DNA of 64,000 nucleotides, taken from positions 224,001 to 288,000 of the forward strand of contig CBDCSU010000005.1 in the NCBI GenBank assembly GCA_965221775.1, read 5' to 3'. Shown one piece after another: positions 54,745-61,534 of this stretch. A program made the translations under genes and the position numbers. The notes below the pieces were generated by a model. It ran no database searches, was not told the origin of the DNA, and worked only from the letters and a program-made list of their open reading frames with translations. Source of the DNA: Candidatus Latescibacterota bacterium (GTDB lineage Bacteria; Latescibacterota; UBA2968; UBA8231). Within the stretch, counting starts at the first letter, position 1. Every line of letters begins with the position of its first letter.

Positions 54745-56163
54745 GTGATCCCCCTCACCCCCGACGCTCACATCCACCTGATCGCCGCCTGCGGAACGGC
54801 CATGGGCTCCCTGGCCGGAATGCTGAAGAGCCGGGGCTACCGCGTAACCGGATCCGACCGCAACGTCTACCCGCCCTTGAGCGACTTCCTCCGCGCCGAG
54901 GGCATCCGCCTCTTCGAGGGATTCGACCCGGGGAACATCGATCCCGCGCCCGACCTCGTCGTCGTGGGCAACGCCGTCTCCCGGGGCAATCCCGAGCTGG
55001 AGGCGGTCCTCGACGCCGGACTTCCCTACACCAGTCTTCCCGAGATCCTGCGCGACCTGTTCCTGGAGGGCCGCCGGCCGATCGTCGCCACGGGCACCCA
55101 CGGGAAGACCACGACGACGGCGATGGCCGCCTTTCTGCTGCGGGCCGGGGGGCTCGATCCCTCCTGGCTCGTGGCCGGCCTGCCGCGGGACCTCGATCGT
55201 CCCTACCACCTGGGAGCCGATCCCTGGTTCGCCATCGAGGGAGACGAGTACGACAGCGCCTACTTCGCCAAGTCGGCCAAGTTCCTCTACTACCGTCCCC
55301 GTGTGCTCATCATCAACAACATCGAGTTCGACCACGCCGACATCTACCGCGACCTGGACGAGATCCGCCGGGCCTTCCGGCAGGTCGTCAACCAGGTGCC
55401 GCGCACCGGCGTGATCCTGGCCAACGGGGACGACCCGGTCGTCGGCGAGAGCGTGGCCGAAGCCCTGGCTCCGGTGCAGACCTTCGGCCTGGGGCCCCAC
55501 AACCACTGGCGGGCCTGCGAGGTGGAGACCGGTGAGCGCGGGCAGTCCTTCGACCTCGTCCGTGACGGACAGCCCTCCGGCCGCCTGCGGCTGTCCCTCG
55601 TCGGCGAGCACAACCTGCGCAATGCCCTGGGAGCGCTGGCGGCGGCGGCCTTCACCGGAGCCGACCTGGAACTCTGCGGCGCAGCCCTGTCCGGCTTTGT
55701 CGGCGTGAGCCGCAGGCAGGAGCACCTCGGCACCATCGGCGGGGTCCGGCTCGTCGACGACTTCGCCCACCATCCGACGGCGGTGGCCCAGACCCTGGCC
55801 GGCCTTCGGCGGTCCTTTCCACAGGGCCGGCTCTGGGCCGTCTTCGAGCCCGCCAGCGCCTCGAATGCGCGGGCCACCTTCGAGGCCCTCTACGTGCAGG
55901 CTTTTGCCGAGGCCGACGCCGTCATCCTCGGGGCGGTTCCGCGTCCCGAGCGCAGCGGCGAGGAGGAACCATTCTCACCGGATCGTCTCGCGAGTCATCT
56001 TCGGTCCCGAGGCCTCGAGGCCCGGCACCTGCCCTCGCCCGAGACGATCGCCGAGCACCTGGCCGGCCACGCGGCCCGGGGCGATACAGTGCTGTTCATG
56101 AGCAACGCCGGCTTCGGAGGCGTGCAGCGGCTCACGGCGGAAGCCCTGCGCCGCCGGAGCTGA
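54745..56163 (+). CDS. mpl: UDP-MurNAc:L-Ala-gamma-D-Glu-meso-DAP ligase (murein peptide ligase)
   Basis: CGTAMGSLA, GSD..VYPP.S, GTHGKTTT, EGDEYDSAYF.K..KF, EFDHADIY, DDFAHHPTA. Confidence 0.9.
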   Translation: MIPLTPDAHIHLIAACGTAMGSLAGMLKSRGYRVTGSDRNVYPPLSDFLRAEGIRLFEGFDPGNIDPAPDLVVVGNAVSRGNPELEAVLDAGLPYTSLPEILRDLFLEGRRPIVATGTHGKTTTTAMAAFLLRAGGLDPSWLVAGLPRDLDRPYHLGADPWFAIEGDEYDSAYFAKSAKFLYYRPRVLIINNIEFDHADIYRDLDEIRRAFRQVVNQVPRTGVILANGDDPVVGESVAEALAPVQTFGLGPHNHWRACEVETGERGQSFDLVRDGQPSGRLRLSLVGEHNLRNALGALAAAAFTGADLELCGAALSGFVGVSRRQEHLGTIGGVRLVDDFAHHPTAVAQTLAGLRRSFPQGRLWAVFEPASASNARATFEALYVQAFAEADAVILGAVPRPERSGEEEPFSPDRLASHLRSRGLEARHLPSPETIAEHLAGHAARGDTVLFMSNAGFGGVQRLTAEALRRRS

Positions 56164-56203
56164 TCCCCCCTTCCTTCCACGCCATCAAGGACCAACCCGG
56201 GGG

Positions 56204-56241
56204 ACTCCCGGCGGAGGATGGGTACCTCCGTCGCCGGGAGT
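56204..56241. terminator. Long GC hairpin after mpl
   Basis: ACTCCCGGCG-GAGG...CCTC-CGT-CGCCGGGAGT inverted repeat; no U-tract. Confidence 0.4.
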
Positions 56242-56337
56242 GTGAGCAGAGGGCCACAGCCAGGTGCCTGCCTCCAGGGTTCGAGTACCCCGCAAGCCTC
56301 GCTGCAGCACAAGGAGTTGCACCATCACGGCCAAAGC

Positions 56338-56353
56338 CGGCACGGGAGTTGCA
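56338..56353 (+). promoter_or_regulatory. Putative sigma54 (-24/-12) promoter
   Basis: CGGCACG-GGAG-TTGCA matches YGGCACG-N4-TTGCW, about 65 bp before the ATG. Confidence 0.6.
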
Positions 56354-56417
56354 CCGAGGCGGGCCCGGCAGGCGGAAGACTTCGCCCGCCCCCCCACCCT
56401 ATCCCGGGAGGCATCCC

Positions 56418-57089
56418 ATGCTGACTCGAGTGTTGCGCAAATCCCCCTGGCTGGCCGGCTGGCTCTTCCTCACAGGCGCCGGCTCCGCTGCCGGCGAGCC
56501 GGGGCCCGTCGTCGTGAGCGAGCTGATGTGGGCCGGAAGCTCCGCTTCCAGCTCCGATGAGTGGATCGAGCTCTACAACCGTGGTTCCGACACCGTGGAC
56601 CTCACCGGCTGGACGATCACCCGGGGCGAGGGCGAGGACGAGAGCGTGATGGTCCTCATCGAGTCCGGCCAGCTGCGGCCGGGCGAGGTCTATCTGATCT
56701 CCAATTACGGCCACGAAGACGAACGATCCCGCCTTGCGGCGGAGCCCTCCCTCGTGGACCCGCAGGTCTCCCTGCCCAACAGCAAGCTCCGTCTCCGCCT
56801 CTACGACGGGGACCCCGAGTCAGGATCCGTCATCGACCTGGTCGATGATGGCAAAGGTGCGCCCTTCGGGGGCCTGAGCGGCGATACGAAGGCGGCCATG
56901 GTGCGGACCGACCTCGAGGCTCCGGGGGACGAGAAGAGTTCGTGGACCACCGCCACGGCGGCCAGCGGATGGGACCCGGGGGCCACCGAGCTCGGCACTC
57001 CCGGTACCATGCCCGGCGAGCAGTCCTCGACGGAGATGCCCACCCACGTATGGGCTGTCGCCTGGGGGACGATCAAGCACGGGCTCTGA
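56418..57089 (+). CDS. Secreted lamin-tail domain protein with C-terminal WGxIK motif
   Basis: SD GGAGG; signal peptide; VVVSELMWAG....DEWIELYN...VDL.GW; GTPG; ends AVAWGTIKHGL. Confidence 0.85.
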   Translation: MLTRVLRKSPWLAGWLFLTGAGSAAGEPGPVVVSELMWAGSSASSSDEWIELYNRGSDTVDLTGWTITRGEGEDESVMVLIESGQLRPGEVYLISNYGHEDERSRLAAEPSLVDPQVSLPNSKLRLRLYDGDPESGSVIDLVDDGKGAPFGGLSGDTKAAMVRTDLEAPGDEKSSWTTATAASGWDPGATELGTPGTMPGEQSSTEMPTHVWAVAWGTIKHGL

Positions 57090-57132
57090 GCGCCGCGTTG
57101 GTCCACAGGTTCGTATCTTCTGGTCGGCATCC

Positions 57133-57165
57133 GCCCCGCCGCCGCAACCCAGACGGCGGCGGGGC
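57133..57165. terminator. GC hairpin between lamin-tail and CRTAC1-like genes
   Basis: GCCCCGCCGCCG-N9-CGGCGGCGGGGC. Confidence 0.45.
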
Positions 57166-57185
57166 CAGCACGACCTATCCGGACC

Positions 57186-58901
57186 ATCTCTCTGTCCCCT
57201 CTCTCCACCCTCCGCGGCTTCATCCTCCTGCTGGCCTGCCTCGGCTGCGGCGCTCCCGGAAGCCCTCCCCGGGCTGCGCCCGGAGTCTTCTCCGACGTTA
57301 CCGAGGCTTCGGGGATCGACTTCGTCCACGAGAGCGCCGCCGACGGCCGCTACGCCTACCCCGAGACGTTTGGCGCCGGAGCGGCCTGGGTCGACTACGA
57401 CGGAGACGGATGGCTCGATCTCTACCTGATCCAGGGCGGCAACCTGCTGCGCTCGGGAGGAACCCGCCCCCCTCCGACCAACCGGCTCTACCGGAACCTG
57501 GGTCGGAGGCCAGGCTCCGGCCTTCGGTTCACCGATGTCACCGAAGCCTCCGGAGCCGGGGACGAGGGCTACGGCATGGGGGGTGCCGCCGCCGACGTCG
57601 ATGGGGACGGCAGTGTCGATCTGTTCGTCACCAACGTCGGCCCGAACTCCCTGCTTCTTCAGAGGGATCGGCGGTTCCAGGAGCGATCGGCAGCCGCTGG
57701 CGTCGCCGATGCCCGCTGGGGCACGGGAACGGGCTTCGCCGACGTCGACCTCGACGGCGACCTCGACCTCCTCGTCGTCAACTACGTCCCTTTCGACGCA
57801 GAGCTCATCCCCGTCTGCCGGCGGGGCTCGATCCGCACCTACTGCGACCCGGACCGCTTTCCGGGAACCCTGGACATCCTTTACCTCAACGAAGGTGGTA
57901 CGGGGAAACCGGGATTCAGCGACGTAACCCTTCAGGCTGGCCTCAACGGCGTCGGACGCGGACTCGGGCTGGCCATGGCCGACATCGACCTCGACGGCGA
58001 CACGGACTGGTTCGTGGCCAACGACGGCGAGGCAAACTTCCTCTATCGGAACGACACCGGGAGCGGCGATCCCCCCCGCGTGACGGAGACGGGCCTGGCA
58101 TGGGGAGTGCGGTTCAACGCCGATGGCCGCGCCGAGGCCGGCATGGGCGCGGACTTCGGCGACGTGGACGGGGACGGCTGGCCGGACCTGGTGGTGGCCA
58201 ACTTCTCACGCGAGACCAACACCCTCTACCGCCATGGCGGCCCGGGGGACCCGGGTTACACGGACGAGACCCGGCCCCGCGGACTGGCTTCGCCCAGCTT
58301 CCTGCCCCTCGGCTTCGGCGCCGCCTGGTTCGACCCCGACGGCGACGGCGACCTCGACCTGGCGGTGGCCAACGGTCACGTCCTCGACCGCATCGCCGAC
58401 ATCGACAGCGGCCTGTCCCATGCCCAACCCGACCAGCTGCTGGTCAACGACGGCAGCGGACGCTTCAGCGAAGATCCGTCCTGGACTACCGGGCTCCCGC
58501 CTCTCGTGAGCCGCGCCCTGGCCGTCGCAGATTTCGACAACGACGGCGACGAGGATCTGATCGTCACCGCCAACGGGGCAGGTCCCCGCCTGCTGCGCAA
58601 CGAGCGAAGCGGGGGAACCTCGCTGAGCCTGACCCTGGTAACGATGGAGCCGGGCAACCGGAGCGGGCTGGGGGCCCTGGTCGAGGTCCGGACCGGCGGG
58701 CGCCTGCTCCGCCGCCAGGTTCAGGGCGCCGGCAGCTACCTCTCCGCCTCGGACCCGAGGGTCCACATTGGACTGGACGGTGCTCCCGGGGCGGCGGTCA
58801 CCGTGAACTGGCCCGGAGGCGGCCGCGAGCGCTGGGAGCTGGCCGCCGGCGCCCACACCCTGAGACAGGGAACCGGGTCCCCGGAGCACGGGCACCGGTG
58901 A
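57186..58901 (+). CDS. CRTAC1-family FG-GAP/ASPIC-UnbV lipoprotein (non-canonical start inferred)
   Basis: Frame open upstream of ATG 57576 with lipobox LACLGC, FSDVTEASGIDFVH, G.GAAW.DYDGDGWLDLY; AGMG.DFGD; GSYLS.SD.RVHIGL. Confidence 0.8.
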   Translation: MSLSPLSTLRGFILLLACLGCGAPGSPPRAAPGVFSDVTEASGIDFVHESAADGRYAYPETFGAGAAWVDYDGDGWLDLYLIQGGNLLRSGGTRPPPTNRLYRNLGRRPGSGLRFTDVTEASGAGDEGYGMGGAAADVDGDGSVDLFVTNVGPNSLLLQRDRRFQERSAAAGVADARWGTGTGFADVDLDGDLDLLVVNYVPFDAELIPVCRRGSIRTYCDPDRFPGTLDILYLNEGGTGKPGFSDVTLQAGLNGVGRGLGLAMADIDLDGDTDWFVANDGEANFLYRNDTGSGDPPRVTETGLAWGVRFNADGRAEAGMGADFGDVDGDGWPDLVVANFSRETNTLYRHGGPGDPGYTDETRPRGLASPSFLPLGFGAAWFDPDGDGDLDLAVANGHVLDRIADIDSGLSHAQPDQLLVNDGSGRFSEDPSWTTGLPPLVSRALAVADFDNDGDEDLIVTANGAGPRLLRNERSGGTSLSLTLVTMEPGNRSGLGALVEVRTGGRLLRRQVQGAGSYLSASDPRVHIGLDGAPGAAVTVNWPGGGRERWELAAGAHTLRQGTGSPEHGHR

Positions 58902-58910
58902 GAACGGAAA

Positions 58911-58941
58911 CGAGCCCGGCCGCAAGGCGCGGCCGGGCTCG
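58911..58941. terminator. Hairpin between convergent genes
   Basis: CGAGCCCGGCCGC-AAGGC-GCGGCCGGGCTCG perfect 13-bp stem. Confidence 0.6.
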
Positions 58942-58962
58942 TCACGCAGGAAGTATGGTTGC

Positions 58963-60303
58963 CTACTGGGCGTACTGACCGACGTTGGCGATACCGCCGG
59001 GCTGGGTCAGGGCGAAGACGATCAGGTTGACCCCGAACTGCAGGCCGCGCTCCCGGGCATCGGCATTCGGATCGCCCCAGAACCAGCTGATGTTGAGGTC
59101 GGAGAAGATCACCGCCACCCGGCCCCGGATCTCGAGCATCTCGAGGTCGAAGACGTTGCCGCCGGGCGCCCCTCCCTTGGGGGGTCCGTCGCCGAAGTCG
59201 TAGAAGCTGGAGAACAGGGAGTGGGTCTTCTCGACTCGCTGCCAGCGGGCGCCGTCGCCGGAGAGGACTTTCTCGTCCTTCATGAGCGCCTTGAACTGGC
59301 GGTCGAAGATGGTGCCCGCCGTGCCCGCGCCCGAGCCCTCCAGGCTGCCCTCGGAGTTGGCGTGGCGGATCTCCTCCGCAAAGAGGAAACCGCCCTGCCG
59401 GAGGTACTCGCCCAGGTTCTGCTTTTCCGTGGAGGAGAACTGGAAGATGGCGTTGTTCCCGGTCATGTAGAGGAACGGTTCCTTGAAGATCTGCGAGTCG
59501 CTCAAGCGTAACGTCACCCCCTCGATGCGGGCGTTGATGCGCGTATGGTCGCGCATGTAGCGCATCAACTCCTCCACGGCGGTGGGGAAGCGGTCCGTGC
59601 TCTTGTTGGCCAGATCGTAGTCCATGACGCTCATGTTGAAGAACCCGCGGATGTTGCGCTTGTTCTCCGGGTCCTGGATCAGGATCGCCTGGTAGCGGCC
59701 GAAGTCGAGGTCCTGGACGTTGAGCAGCTCCTGCTTCAGGCTCAGGGCCTCCTGGACGGGGGCCGCGGTCTCCGTGAGCTCGATCATCTCGACCTCGTCG
59801 AAGGCCAGATCCTCCGCCTTGGCGCCGGAGAACGTGCCCAGCACCTGGCTCCCGGGCAGCACCGCACCGAGGAGGTCGGATCCGATGGCACTCACGTCGG
59901 CGATGGCGTTGATGTCGGTGGGCAGATCCGGCGGCGACAACGACGCCAGCATTTCCATCTGCACCTCCGAGATCTCAGGCTGCTTGGCCAGGTCGAAGTT
60001 CTTCTCGAGGATCGGCGGCGGCGCCTGGAAGCGGATCAGCTTCGCCTCCTCCTCTGTGACCTGCTGCTCGTAGTACCAAGCGACGCCCCAGGCGATGGCC
60101 TCGATGACTATGGCCACCGCCAGACTCACGAACAGGGCCGCCCGCCGGCCCGCCGTGGCCCGCCAGAGGACGTAGACCAGCACGGCACCAACGAGAGCGT
60201 TGAGCCCCAGCACCTGGGTCTTCGAGAAGAACCCGATGATGACGACATGAAGGAAGACAGCGATCCCGAAGGAGCCGTACAGTATCTTTCTGCGCTCTTC
60301 CAC
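58963..60303 (-). CDS. Membrane protein with TonB-like N-terminus and C-terminal DUF4159-like domain
   Basis: TM with AVFLH, Pro-rich linker; PFLYMTG....FS..E..NL.EYL..GGFLFAE, G.N...FALT. Confidence 0.75.
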   Translation of the reverse strand: MEERRKILYGSFGIAVFLHVVIIGFFSKTQVLGLNALVGAVLVYVLWRATAGRRAALFVSLAVAIVIEAIAWGVAWYYEQQVTEEEAKLIRFQAPPPILEKNFDLAKQPEISEVQMEMLASLSPPDLPTDINAIADVSAIGSDLLGAVLPGSQVLGTFSGAKAEDLAFDEVEMIELTETAAPVQEALSLKQELLNVQDLDFGRYQAILIQDPENKRNIRGFFNMSVMDYDLANKSTDRFPTAVEELMRYMRDHTRINARIEGVTLRLSDSQIFKEPFLYMTGNNAIFQFSSTEKQNLGEYLRQGGFLFAEEIRHANSEGSLEGSGAGTAGTIFDRQFKALMKDEKVLSGDGARWQRVEKTHSLFSSFYDFGDGPPKGGAPGGNVFDLEMLEIRGRVAVIFSDLNISWFWGDPNADARERGLQFGVNLIVFALTQPGGIANVGQYAQ

Positions 60304-60332
60304 TTTCCGTTCCCCGTGGCTTGTTCAACTGG

Positions 60333-60357
60333 GCCCCGCCGGCAAGGCCGGCGGGGC
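60333..60357. terminator. Intergenic hairpin after exbD
   Basis: GCCCCGCCGGC-AAG-GCCGGCGGGGC. Confidence 0.45.
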
Positions 60358-60368
60358 GTTGGGGTCGA

Positions 60369-60776
60369 TTACTTCCCTCGCTGCGGCTCGGTGGCGATGA
60401 TCTGGTCGACCACCCCCACCTGACGAGCGATATCCATGATCTGCACGATCTGCCCATGGGTGGCGCGCTCGTCGCCCTGGATGATGATCATCGTCGTGTT
60501 GTCCAGGATCTGACGCTTCTCCTGGATCCGGTCCTTCAGGTTGGCGAAGGTCACGGTCTGGTGATTCAGCTTCATGTTGCCGTCCTGATCGACGACGATG
60601 AACAGGTTCTCCTTCTCGGGCGCCTGCGCCTCCTCCGCCTCGGGCAGCTTGATGTCGAGACCCGGGGTGATGGCGAAGACCGCCGTCACCATGAAGAAGA
60701 TCAGCAGCTGGAACACCACGTCGATCATCGGCGTGAGATCCGGCTTCTCGTCGTAGCGCCTCTTTTCCTGTGCCAT
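60369..60776 (-). CDS. exbD: Biopolymer transport protein ExbD/TolR
   Basis: LTPMIDVVFQLLIFFMV, I.GD....HG..V..MD. Confidence 0.92.
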   Translation of the reverse strand: MAQEKRRYDEKPDLTPMIDVVFQLLIFFMVTAVFAITPGLDIKLPEAEEAQAPEKENLFIVVDQDGNMKLNHQTVTFANLKDRIQEKRQILDNTTMIIIQGDERATHGQIVQIMDIARQVGVVDQIIATEPQRGK

Positions 60777-60797
60777 TTCGGCCTCCGAGCCCCCCGG

Positions 60798-61448
60798 TTA
60801 GGCGGTCTGGCTCTGCCAGCGGCGCAGCAGGGCGTCCACGAACCCGTGCCCGTAGGGCTCGAACTGGATCCCCTTGCCCTCGGCGCGCTGTGCGAAATAG
60901 GTGTAGATGGCCAGCGAAGGCACGGCGATGACGAGACCGGTCACCGTCGTGATCAGCGCCTCGGAGATACCGGCGGCGACGATCGTCGGCTCGCCCAGTC
61001 CCTTCTCGGCGATGCCCTCGAAGGCGCGGATCATTCCGTTCACCGTTCCCAGCAGGCCGAGGAGCACGACCGAGCTGGCGACGAACTGGATCACCGACAG
61101 GTAGCGCTCGAGGTAGCTGCTCGCGGCGCGCTCTACCGTGCCGTTCATCTCGGCGCGCATCTCCTCGATGCTGCGCTGCTCGCGGGAGAGGTGCTCGAAG
61201 CGCTCGATGCCCTCGGCGTAGACATCACCCTCCAGCCGGCCGATCTCCCTGCAGTACTCCTGGAGCTGGTCGAAGGAAGCCCCGGAGTCGATCCGGCCGG
61301 TGACGTCGTTGGTCACCTCGGACAGTTCATCCTCCGACCGCATCCGCGCGTAGGTGACGATGCGCTCGATGAAGAAGCCGAGGGCCATGATCGACCACAG
61401 GCCGAGGGGCCACATGAACGGTCCACCATCCTGAAAGAACTCCAGCAT
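60798..61448 (-). CDS. exbB: MotA/TolQ/ExbB proton channel
   Basis: GGPFMWPL, LLGLLGTV.GMI.AF, GISEALITT..GL.IA.P. Confidence 0.92.
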   Translation of the reverse strand: MLEFFQDGGPFMWPLGLWSIMALGFFIERIVTYARMRSEDELSEVTNDVTGRIDSGASFDQLQEYCREIGRLEGDVYAEGIERFEHLSREQRSIEEMRAEMNGTVERAASSYLERYLSVIQFVASSVVLLGLLGTVNGMIRAFEGIAEKGLGEPTIVAAGISEALITTVTGLVIAVPSLAIYTYFAQRAEGKGIQFEPYGHGFVDALLRRWQSQTA

Positions 61449-61534
61449 GATCGCTGATCCTCCTTGAGTTAGGGCTCAGATCTCTCGGCCCGTATCGCTG
61501 AGTAAAGGTTCATTGCGCTGCCATGGTTCCGGCG

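Noticed and set aside
57087-57089. In-frame TGA joining the lamin-tail and CRTAC1-like ORFs (possible selenocysteine or readthrough)
   Set aside because: The upstream protein ends in a natural terminal motif, the downstream one has its own lipoprotein signal, a hairpin separates them and no convincing SECIS was seen
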